In this document: positions 1-9,200 of the stretch, one piece after another
Numbering within the stretch: position 1 is the first letter of the stretch
Layout of the letters: each line of letters opens with the position of its first letter
From: a virus
Lineage: Duplodnaviria; Caudoviricetes
Strand: one strand, 5' to 3'
IMG/VR virus record: IMGVR_UViG_3300025676_000024
Span: 1 to 50,050 of that record
Length of the DNA stretch: 50,050 nucleotides
The notes under the pieces: generated by a model
Told to the model about the DNA's origin: nothing
What the model saw: the letters and a program-made list of their open reading frames with translations, nothing else
Database searches by the model: none
Program-made: the position numbers and the translations under genes

Positions 1-880
1 GAAGTTTAGCAGAAGAAATTAGAGTGTTTTGACTGCCCAAGAAGTCGCAAATAAATTCTTGTTGGAATTGCTCTGCACTGGTATTGGCAATAGTTTCTTC
101 TTTCCACTTTTCATCTCGTAACGGACCACCAGGATATTGTGGTACTTCATTCCATTGAACTTCAATTGGAATATAATCGTTTTTGCCAGATTCTCCTGGT
201 TTCTTTGTCGCACCCTTCCAATAATAATAGAACATATTCAATCCGTTTGGTGTTGAAATCATAATCACTTTGGTGTCTTGCCCTGCGGAGATTGTCGGAT
301 ATACAGAATTAAAGAATTCTTCGGCAATATTAGTAGGGACATGAGCAAATTCATCAAGTAAAATTGCGTTATATGAACCACCACGAATCGCACTGGATGA
401 TGTAGATGATGCAATAATCCTTGAACCGTTTTCAAGTTTAATGGATGCTTTGTTCCATTCTACAATACCCTGTTGCAACCAAAGTGGCAAATACTCGTAT
501 GTGAGTTGCAATCTACTGAGAATATCTTTAGCAACCGATTGCTTGTTTGCAAGGATAGCAACATTCATATTCTGGTTAAACATAATATAGTGTAGTAGGT
601 ATGCAACCATCGTAGTGGACTTACCTGACTGCCTAGGGAGTTTTGCAATAGTGAATCTATTTTCATGAACAGTTCGTATCATGTCATCTTGGAAGTCATA
701 TAATTTAAATGGAACAAGGCCCTCGTCCAACGAAACAACCTTGATATACTTCTCAATAAAGTACACAGGGTCTTTGGCACATTTCATATATTCAATCACC
801 TGTTCTTCGGTGAATTGTATATCAATACCAGCCTCTTTTAGTTGTTTATTTCCTAAATAACCTTGTTGTTTATTGCTCAT
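1..880 (-). CDS. gp17: Terminase large subunit (5' part; runs off the left edge)
   Basis: Not in the ORF track (no stop in window). Hand translation from ATG at 880: MSNKQQGYLGNKQLK...DPVYFIEKYIKVVSLDEGLVPFKLYDFQ...LPRQSGKST (Walker A)...ILLDEFAHV (Walker B)...ISTPNGLN; follows gp16. Confidence 0.97.
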   Translation of the reverse strand, partial: MSNKQQGYLGNKQLKEAGIDIQFTEEQVIEYMKCAKDPVYFIEKYIKVVSLDEGLVPFKLYDFQDDMIRTVHENRFTIAKLPRQSGKSTTMVAYLLHYIMFNQNMNVAILANKQSVAKDILSRLQLTYEYLPLWLQQGIVEWNKASIKLENGSRIIASSTSSSAIRGGSYNAILLDEFAHVPTNIAEEFFNSVYPTISAGQDTKVIMISTPNGLNMFYYYWKGATKKPGESGKNDYIPIEVQWNEVPQYPGGPLRDEKWKEETIANTSAEQFQQEFICDFLGSQNTLISSAKL

Positions 881-1343
881 TTACAATCTCTGTATCAATA
901 ATATCATGGGTCATTGCTTTTGTTCTGCTTCGTTCTTGATTTATTAAGTCTTGCAAATCACTGGTCGAACCAACATAAATTGATTGGTTGGTTGTGTTAT
1001 TGATATTAAGTTCTTCTTTATTGATTTCTTTTACTTTCTTGTGTAAGTCCATAAGGTCTTTGTTCACCTCTGCAACAGTTTTAATCATCTGTGCGGCCAC
1101 TTCATATGCTCTTGGTGCATCACCTTCTGTGGCAACTTTAATAATACCATCAATCGCATCCTCTCCCGTTTTTATTAATTCTTTCATATTCTTACGAACC
1201 AACCAATAATCCTTTTCGCTGTCAACGGCGTTCACCTCAATTGCTTTCGCGTGTGCGGGTATAGGTTTTGATAACTCTTTAGTATTAAATTCTGTATCTA
1301 ATGCTTCTGATAACTTGTCATCTACACTTTTCTTATGTTTCAT
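870..1343 (-). CDS. gp16: Terminase small subunit
   Basis: DYWLVRKNMKELI...APRAYEVAAQMIK...NQSIYVGSTSDLQ motifs. Likely start is ATG at 1343 (MKHKKS), overlapping the gp15 stop, not the 1427 start in the ORF track. Confidence 0.92.
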   Translation of the reverse strand: MKHKKSVDDKLSEALDTEFNTKELSKPIPAHAKAIEVNAVDSEKDYWLVRKNMKELIKTGEDAIDGIIKVATEGDAPRAYEVAAQMIKTVAEVNKDLMDLHKKVKEINKEELNINNTTNQSIYVGSTSDLQDLINQERSRTKAMTHDIIDTEIVNEQ

Positions 1344-2130
1344 AATAAAAATCTCCATACCATTCGTTACCTGCTGTGAATCCACCTGTGAATCCACCTG
1401 TTGCTCCAGATGCTCCACTATATCCACCTGTTATTCCTATTCTTAGGTCGTGTACGCCATCTACAGGATAGTTGAATTTTTCTGATGAACCAAATATATC
1501 TATCTCTGCTGTTGTAATAATTTTGCTTGTCTTCGGTGGACCATATATGTAAGTCTTTGCTGTAAACTCAAAAGTAGTAGTTAAGTTTCTCCGAGTATCA
1601 AATTCACCTTCATATTCTTCTATTGTACTCACACCACCCAAAACAATAGGAATGTCAACATTAGAATTAATTCTATTAACCTTTACGGAAACATTAAACT
1701 CTGGAGTAAAATAAGGAAGTATTTGTTCTATAATCTGCAAGTTATCTGTTTGATTTCTTGAGAATGCATATAAACCGAATGAAATATTATATGGAACTTC
1801 GGAATAATTGTAAGAAGTAGATATACCGTCTGATGATTTCACCGAAGTTTTTCTTAACTTATTTCCTTTTCTTTGAGGGTCATACATTATTCCAGTAATA
1901 TCGAATCCCAATCTTGGAAGTGTTATTTCAGTATGCACACCACTGGATATGCTACTACCCTCTTGTATCCTTCTTATAAACTTTTCTTTTGGACCATATG
2001 ATAGAGGAACACGAATAATTTCTTTGGTCGTTCCATCTACATTTTCTCTTTTAACGGTTATATCATTAAATAACGAACCAAATCCGATTACTAATTTTCT
2101 AATAGATTCATTGTAGAATTGTGTAAACAT
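1333..2130 (-). CDS. gp15: Tail sheath stabilizer / tail terminator
   Basis: FYNESIRKLVIGFGSLFNDI, VPLSYGPKEKF, LPRLGF, QIIEQILPYFTPEF motifs; position next to gp14 and gp16; Gly/Thr-rich C-terminal extension. Confidence 0.95.
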   Translation of the reverse strand: MFTQFYNESIRKLVIGFGSLFNDITVKRENVDGTTKEIIRVPLSYGPKEKFIRRIQEGSSISSGVHTEITLPRLGFDITGIMYDPQRKGNKLRKTSVKSSDGISTSYNYSEVPYNISFGLYAFSRNQTDNLQIIEQILPYFTPEFNVSVKVNRINSNVDIPIVLGGVSTIEEYEGEFDTRRNLTTTFEFTAKTYIYGPPKTSKIITTAEIDIFGSSEKFNYPVDGVHDLRIGITGGYSGASGATGGFTGGFTAGNEWYGDFYYET

Positions 2131-3059
2131 TAATACTCACCTTCTGAGAATGGGTCAGTATCAGTAAAGTCAAAGATATCATCTTGGTCACGAATCAATT
2201 CAATATCTTCATTATCACCAATTGGGCTATCGTCTTCTGGTTCGTGTGGTATAATTAGAGTAGTTGTGGTAGATGTTGTTATAGGATATTCTGCACTAGA
2301 TACTGCACCTTTAATTGTTTCTGAAGCAGAAACATTAATAGTACCCACAATATTTGTAACTGTTAGTTTGGTTAGTGTAGAATCCCAACCAGTAACAACA
2401 GCAGTAGAAGTTGCATTGGCAAGTTCAGCAGTCGCACCAGTAACACCAGACACTTGATATACGGTTTCACCCTCAAAGAAATTGGTGTATACACTACTAC
2501 TGACTCTAGTTCCCAAATCCCATTCAATTGCAAATTTCTTTGTAGAACTTTCAACACTATCGATATCCGTATATCCAGTATCGATTTCTTCGTGACTGTA
2601 TGTGAATACCTCACATGATAGTTTATATGTGTAAAGTTTTCCTAATTGATAGAATGGATTTTCATGTTCTACAAAGTTAATTTCAAACAGAGTTTTACTC
2701 AACGGAAAATATATTAAATCGCCTTCTTTAGGTCTGGTTACACTTTCATAGTCACCGACAGTCTGTTCAAATCTTTTTTTAGAAACTAATAGTTCTACTC
2801 TATCTCGAATTTCCAATCCAAATTTTGAGAGTATATCTCCTTCACCTTCAAATCCATCTACGGACTGAATATACATTTCTAATTGATAACCATCATCAAA
2901 CTTAGAAATAAGGTCTTCACCAAAGAGTTTGTCTTCGTTGACCAAAGTTCTAGGAATATAGACCATGTCCTTACCCATTGCTTTGATAGTTTCAATGGTG
3001 AGGTCTTCTAATACATTCTGCTCTCCAGAATATTCTTTAAAGTGTGGATTACGAGCCAT
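2130..3059 (-). CDS. gp14: Neck protein
   Basis: EQNVLEDLTIETIK..G.DMVYIPR, LSKFGLEIRD, RPKEGDLIYFPL, FEINFVEHENPFYQLGK, C-terminal DFTDTDPFSE. Confidence 0.95.
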   Translation of the reverse strand: MARNPHFKEYSGEQNVLEDLTIETIKAMGKDMVYIPRTLVNEDKLFGEDLISKFDDGYQLEMYIQSVDGFEGEGDILSKFGLEIRDRVELLVSKKRFEQTVGDYESVTRPKEGDLIYFPLSKTLFEINFVEHENPFYQLGKLYTYKLSCEVFTYSHEEIDTGYTDIDSVESSTKKFAIEWDLGTRVSSSVYTNFFEGETVYQVSGVTGATAELANATSTAVVTGWDSTLTKLTVTNIVGTINVSASETIKGAVSSAEYPITTSTTTTLIIPHEPEDDSPIGDNEDIELIRDQDDIFDFTDTDPFSEGEY

Positions 3060-3069
3060 TTATAAACCT

Positions 3070-3879
3070 TTAACCTACATCAAAATTAATTGGTAGTTCA
3101 TATGTCAATAGGAGTTGTTCCTCTAGTCTTAATATTTCTTCATTTGCTTCACTTGAAATTGCTTCTCCTCGCAGAGAAACTCCACCAGGCAATTGAACCC
3201 CCTCAAATTTTGATAAGTTTTGTCCCCATTGTTTTTTGATAAGTGCTGTGGTATATTTCCTCATCCAAATATCATTGAATATTTCAGAAAAGGTAGAAGA
3301 TTTAAGTTTTACATATGCTTCAACTATAACATATCTATCTACCGTAAGGTCATCTTGCCTCATGTCTAAAAATAGTCTATTTCTAACCTTACTAAATCTA
3401 ATCATTTTTTCTGGTTGAAAAAAGTCCTCAATCATATTAATGTATTGTTTTGTTGAATGATATCGGGCAAGACCCATAGAACTATTATATCCTAGTCCTC
3501 TATTAATTCCAAAATAATCACTTAGAGCCATTTGATACCTTACATCAAACATATTAATGTTAGCAAAATTTCCAAACTGAAGCACCTTAGTAACACTTAC
3601 TATATCTGCTCCTGTAGGTGCATCAACATCAGCAGTCAGTCCATTAACTGGACCAAAATCGTTAGTATCAATATACAGATTATCTTTATTTGCTTGTGTT
3701 ACTTTATGCTTGAAATATGCTTTTTCTGTGCCATCATGATGTCTTTCAGAAAACAATAAAAGAGCCTCGTCAAGACGGTCTTCACACTGTTGTCTATCTA
3801 CATTTACTTCTACTACTGGGTCGCCCAATTTTCGTAGAGCATAATCAATTAATTCATCTCTACTGGTAAGATTTGCCAT
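3070..3879 (-). CDS. gp13: Neck protein
   Basis: ELIDYALRKLGDPVVEVNVD, YTTALIKKQWGQNLSKFEGVQLPGGVSL motifs; upstream late promoter. Confidence 0.95.
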   Translation of the reverse strand: MANLTSRDELIDYALRKLGDPVVEVNVDRQQCEDRLDEALLLFSERHHDGTEKAYFKHKVTQANKDNLYIDTNDFGPVNGLTADVDAPTGADIVSVTKVLQFGNFANINMFDVRYQMALSDYFGINRGLGYNSSMGLARYHSTKQYINMIEDFFQPEKMIRFSKVRNRLFLDMRQDDLTVDRYVIVEAYVKLKSSTFSEIFNDIWMRKYTTALIKKQWGQNLSKFEGVQLPGGVSLRGEAISSEANEEILRLEEQLLLTYELPINFDVG

Positions 3880-3900
3880 TTAAAATACTCCTGATACTTA

Positions 3901-3908
3901 TATTTATA
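3901..3908 (-). promoter_or_regulatory. T4-type late promoter TATAAATA upstream of gp13
   Basis: Plus strand reads TATTTATA at 3901-3908, about 20 nt before the gp13 start; gp33 co-activator is encoded in the window. Confidence 0.8.
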
Positions 3909-3963
3909 GAAATTCTACAATATATGTATAAAAGCATCATGAGCAAGATGGCGTATTAATTAT

Positions 3964-4476
3964 TTAAGATTCTTCTTTTATGTCGTCTTCTGTAATTTCT
4001 TCCCCAATAACAACAGAAACATTTTGAACTTTATCGTAGTCAATGTTCTCAATGTAGTATTTTCTAGTAACAGGTTCTTCTGCTTCGTCAGGGGTGCTTA
4101 CAATATAATTTGTAAATCCTGGCATTTGCAGGGGACAAGATAATTTTGGATAATCTAATTTACCATATTCATCTGCATTTGCTATCAAAAAGGTTCGACT
4201 GGCATCTCCACATCCACATCCGCCACAGATATGTTTAGTGGGGTCAGTTTCACTTTGTTGTAGATATTCACAGGGAGGCAATTCTCCTCCATTTTCGGTA
4301 TTACCAAAACAACTTAAAACTCTAAGTTGTTTAATGGGTTTATTAATTTTATTGTTGTTTATATTTCTAGAAGCAAGAGCCACAGCAAAACTTTGCACCA
4401 TGCTCAATTTTTTCTTTAATCCCCTATGGTTGGGGTTAATGGGTACTTTTCTAAATTTCTTTTGTTCTTCTGTCAT
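3964..4476 (-). CDS. Hypothetical small Cys-motif (putative metal-binding) protein
   Basis: 170 aa; RVLSC...PPC...HICGGCGCG...LSCP pattern; GGAG RBS and a sigma70-type promoter upstream. Confidence 0.8.
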   Translation of the reverse strand: MTEEQKKFRKVPINPNHRGLKKKLSMVQSFAVALASRNINNNKINKPIKQLRVLSCFGNTENGGELPPCEYLQQSETDPTKHICGGCGCGDASRTFLIANADEYGKLDYPKLSCPLQMPGFTNYIVSTPDEAEEPVTRKYYIENIDYDKVQNVSVVIGEEITEDDIKEES

Positions 4477-4507
4477 TTAAATCTCCATAATTTAAGAATT
4501 CAATAAT

Positions 4508-4535
4508 ATTATACACCATATACTAACATTGTCAA
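4508..4535 (-). promoter_or_regulatory. Consensus sigma70-type promoter TTGACA-N16-TATAAT
   Basis: Minus strand reads TTGACA ATGTTAGTATATGGTG TATAAT, about 30 nt upstream of the 4476 start. Confidence 0.75.
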
Positions 4536-4551
4536 GAGAATTTTATTAGGT

Positions 4552-6252
4552 TTAATCATCTACCACTTCAAGTGCTAGAAATGTTCTGGCTCTATGTTTG
4601 TTATCTCGTCTAGATAAAACAACTTTAGAAGAATCTCCGAAACTTTGGCAATATACTAATTGTGTTTTAGTTCCATAATCAAAACCGATTTCAAAAGTAG
4701 ATGTCCAATAGAATGTAACATTATTTTTTTGTAACCCCGCATAAGGGAAATTTGGAGTATCATCAGATATCGTTGTATTGGTAATAAAATCTAAATCATT
4801 AACTTGATTCGCTACGAATCCCCATAAATCTTTTGATGCTATACACCAACTCCACCAAACATTTTTATTATATGTTCTATTGATATTTTTTGTCAAGTTG
4901 AGATTATTGTGTGAGTGATTATACCAAGAATCCCAACTAGAACTGCTCAACACATCGGAAGAATTTAAGTCTGCTTCATATGGCAAATTTGAACCACCAA
5001 AATCATTTTCTGCAATTATTATAGCAAATGTTTTATTAGAGTTTTTAGTATTATCATTATTTTTTGGATAATAAGGATAGCAACTACCTGTGTTTTCTGA
5101 TGTACCAAAACATTCACTGCCTGGACTGTGTGTATCATCTGCAACAATAAATTCACCAAGATATCTACCTTGAGCCAAAACTCTATCACCAAGTTTCCAA
5201 GTGTTTATAATACTTCTTGGTATTTTATTTTTATTTGTCATATATGCTTGTATGTCTGTGGTAATTGTATCTGAACATGCAATTTGTTTTCCATCTTTAT
5301 TATAACCAGACCAAATACCTTTATATTCATCGCATATTGTTTTAGTTTCATTACTACAAACTAATTCTTTGGATTTTAAATATGAGCAACTAGATTTTAA
5401 AGTGTCAGAATAATTATCAAACAATAAAGCATTTATATTGCCCTTTGCAATGTAAACACCACTTCTTTTATCCTTTTCATAAAATCCTTGACTTTCTCCT
5501 GATGTATATTGTTCACTGTCGCATCCTGCTAGAACAATATCCCCTCCTTGATTATCAGGGTCATACCAACCATTACCGATTGGATGAATGCAATAATTAT
5601 TTGGATTCCAACTAATTCCTGTTGCTCCATGAGCATTACCAATAACTGCACATTCTTTTGGAGAGCAAGTAGTGTCACAAGTATTACCAGAACAACATGC
5701 ACCAGGCCATCTAACATCAGGTTGCGTTCCACCCCTTGAACATAACTGGTATGCACCAATCTTCACCATATCTGGAGCATTTGCATCATCATCGTAAGGT
5801 TCGATTTTTGTATATGTGTCACAAGATATTCCTTGCGCCCATACACCACCCCTATCAGAACATTCGCAAAAAGTTATATTGTCTTGTAAACCGCCTTGGT
5901 AACAAGGGAAGACCAAGGTTGGGTCGTCTGTATCTATCATTTCACAGTTTTGACTACTTTCGTTATATGCGTCAAAAAATCCAGTTGCACCATCAACACC
6001 TTGCCCTCCACCCCAATTATCTACATAACTGCAAGAACAGCAACAACCAGTTACACCCAAATTAGGGCATGCAACTTGTGTGAGGTCACCTATATCGTCA
6101 ACAGGTTGCCAGTGACCACCATTCACAACACAAGTATTATAATATTCTGCTACAGGACCTTCTGCACGAGCGTAACAACATGCACCTTGACTATTTGCGT
6201 TCGAGGTGTAATCTGCAATAGATTTAATTCTAGACCTATGTTGAATACTCAT
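4552..6252 (-). CDS. Cys-rich (GxCC-repeat) putative virion protein with C-terminal DUF1566/Lcl (CLec-fold)-like domain
   Basis: 566 aa; GACC/GCCC modules in the N-terminal half; C-terminus WCIASKDLW...FYWTST...HRARTF parallels the end of ORF 19650-22799; late promoter upstream. Confidence 0.7.
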   Translation of the reverse strand: MSIQHRSRIKSIADYTSNANSQGACCYARAEGPVAEYYNTCVVNGGHWQPVDDIGDLTQVACPNLGVTGCCCSCSYVDNWGGGQGVDGATGFFDAYNESSQNCEMIDTDDPTLVFPCYQGGLQDNITFCECSDRGGVWAQGISCDTYTKIEPYDDDANAPDMVKIGAYQLCSRGGTQPDVRWPGACCSGNTCDTTCSPKECAVIGNAHGATGISWNPNNYCIHPIGNGWYDPDNQGGDIVLAGCDSEQYTSGESQGFYEKDKRSGVYIAKGNINALLFDNYSDTLKSSCSYLKSKELVCSNETKTICDEYKGIWSGYNKDGKQIACSDTITTDIQAYMTNKNKIPRSIINTWKLGDRVLAQGRYLGEFIVADDTHSPGSECFGTSENTGSCYPYYPKNNDNTKNSNKTFAIIIAENDFGGSNLPYEADLNSSDVLSSSSWDSWYNHSHNNLNLTKNINRTYNKNVWWSWCIASKDLWGFVANQVNDLDFITNTTISDDTPNFPYAGLQKNNVTFYWTSTFEIGFDYGTKTQLVYCQSFGDSSKVVLSRRDNKHRARTFLALEVVDD

Positions 6253-6268
6253 ACAGTTTCCTTTATCT

Positions 6269-6276
6269 TATTTATA
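6269..6276 (-). promoter_or_regulatory. T4-type late promoter TATAAATA
   Basis: Plus-strand TATTTATA upstream of the 6252 start. Confidence 0.8.
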
Positions 6277-6280
6277 ATCA

Positions 6281-9200
6281 TTAACATCGAGGCCACTCAC
6301 AATTCCCTTCACAATATATTTCTTGACACAATCCATTCACCATATATCTACTAATTCCTTCTGTGGAATTTTTTGTTATTTGTTTCTTTGTGGTGTTTGA
6401 TATTTTCTTTTCTTTAATTGGTTCTTCTGTGCTATGATAGTATGGAACATAGCCTGGCATGGATGGGTCCATACCTGCATTATCTGGAGCAACTGCTGGT
6501 TCTGAGTAATATGCTCGTTCTTCCAAATCTTCTTCGATTCCAGGACTCCAACAACCCCAACCATCCCAGTCGTCCGTACCACACCCCTCCTGCGAAGCGC
6601 AGTTGGCTTGTGTACACCCAACTTGTCCAGGTGGAACGCAACCTTGGGGACAACAAACAGAACCAACACCACCATCGGCCGCGCACCCTGCAGCGCAACA
6701 TGCAGAGTCACCCGCAGTCGAACAAATATGACCCGGCGCTCCATCACAACATACAAAGTCAGTTTTGTCAACTATTACTAGGTCGTCTGGCCAGACCCCG
6801 CAACATAGTTGGGTCACATCGTCATAACATACATTGTTGCAACATTTCTGGTCCATCAACCCTTGCGAATCGCCAACAGGACAACACACACACTCATATG
6901 ATTCACCAGTAACTTGGTCAGTTTTACAACAACATCCTTTTCCAGAATAAAATTCGCCGTCGATGCACATGATGGCGCCATCACAACAGTACTGCCCATC
7001 GTTGGGCCCCCCCGCGCGAGTATCAATACATGCTCCATCGCAACATCCAGTATCTGGCAGGTCGTATGGGTCATTGTGACCAGTAGATATTCCACAATCG
7101 CAATCAATATTCCCCATCCAATGACAGGCCAATTTCCAGTTTCCATTACAGCAAGTCGTTCTAGTAAGGTGTGTACCATTGCAACAATATCCCACCCCAT
7201 CATTGATACATTCACCATCTATTTCCCAGAAACCACCTTCTACCGTTCCACAGTCACCACCATTATCGCTAACATAGTAACAACCACACAAATCCGCACC
7301 TGTAAAGTAACCAACAGCATCCATATCTTGCATCATACAATCCATTTCAGTTGGACAGCACATCCAATTTCCGGTCCATTGACAATTGCCATCGGTCTCT
7401 GGGTCATCAGAAGTTTGACCACCACAGTCCCATTCTTTTGTCCAACCAGTACAGCATTGCCCAAACCAAGGTGGTTCTTGTTCAACAGTTGGATTGCCAC
7501 TTCCATCGCATATGTTTGGTGGTATACAGTTATAACCCAAAATAGTTCCGCATTGTTCATGAACAATGTGACAATTAGGAGGTTCAGCACAGTCACACCG
7601 TTCTTCCCAACCACAACAAGAAACTTCTCCAAAACCGGGACAGCAACCGTTTTTCCAATCATCATACGGAATGTCCAAGTCCCAATACCAAGGGCAACAC
7701 TCGTGTTCTTTTCCAGTAAGACTTAAACAACAGGACTCACCTGGGTCTATTAATACTTCATTAAGAATTTCTTCGTTTGCACAACATTCTGGTTCGCCAT
7801 CAGCCCATTCATGCGCGCAACAGGTTTCTCCCGGTTGTATGAGGCAACCTCTACATGTTGTGTTAGTTTTAAAAGTCCATACTCCTGTGGTAGTATCGCA
7901 ATAATTATGGTCTGTTATTACACATAAATAATCGGCATCACACGGTTCATATCCTGTTGTATGACATGACCCCCAATCACAAAACCCAGGGTCCTGCGAG
8001 TTGTTGCTACCAACCCAAGCGCCACCAAGGGCAATACAACCTTGCACCGTGTGGCACGGACTGCACCAGCATGTGCCATTGGTTGGACTAGAACCAACCC
8101 AGAACCCACCCCAAGCATCACATCCACTTTGTTGATGACAATTTTGGCAACCACAGTCAATCATATCCGGGATATCAGTTGTGGGGTCCATATCTGCATT
8201 ACAAGGATTATCATCATACGGAAACATCATACCTGGTTTTTCACAGCATGTGGTTGGCTCCCAACCAACACCGTCAAACCACTCACTCTTACAACATGTT
8301 TCACTAATTTCGTGACAACATTTACTTGTGGCCTCGCCACAACACTGTTGGTGATTCATACAACACTTGTCACTACAATAGAAACCACCGGGACAATCTG
8401 ATGGCCAAAAACCACAACATCTTTCTTCAGTACATACACCATCCACACATGTAAAACCGCACATGTCTTCACACTCGCAACTAGTACAACCACCAACACC
8501 AAAACATTCTCCGAACATATCGTCTTCAAGACAATCACCAATACACCCATTACAATTTGGCATCGGCGAACTGTTATTATCACCCGGCTCACAACATCTC
8601 AAAAGAGCGCTTCTCAGGAATAGTGGAGTATCTTCATCCAGTGTTGCACAACACGGTCCATCCTTGCACATTTGCGGTGAAAATGGATGGTAACATGTAC
8701 CACCACACCCTCCACCAAATTGAGGCCAGTATGGCATACACATATCACCACCTGCCCAACAACAACAACACATATCGGCGGGTTCTGCACATGAGATTTG
8801 TTCTAGAATCCCACATGTACTATCGCATCCATGAAAACCACCACCACTCGCCTCACATGCTTCTTCGGTTGTGTGGGCACAATGCGCGAATACTGTGTTT
8901 GGTAGTACACAACATGCACCAGGGCAACTTCCACCACCATTGCAAGCAACGCATTGGCCGGGAATTCCCGATTCTTTTAAGTCACCACATACTCCATCAC
9001 AACAACAACTTCCATCAGGACAATCGTTATCGTTTGCACAAAGTTCGCCCGGGCATACTTCACACACCCCGTCTTCGCAACAGAATTGCAACCCATTGAA
9101 AAGACAATCAGAATCGTCTGTACAACCAGCGGCAGCGCAACAAGAGGTTTCAGGCGGCACATCGTCACATGCAGTATTAATGTAAGTTCCACCACTTGCC

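Noticed and set aside
1344-1427. N-terminal extension of gp16 in the ORF track (QQVDSQVDSQQV)
   Set aside because: It is the alternate-frame reading of the 12-bp GFTG repeat at the end of gp15; the ATG at 1343 overlapping the gp15 stop is more plausible.
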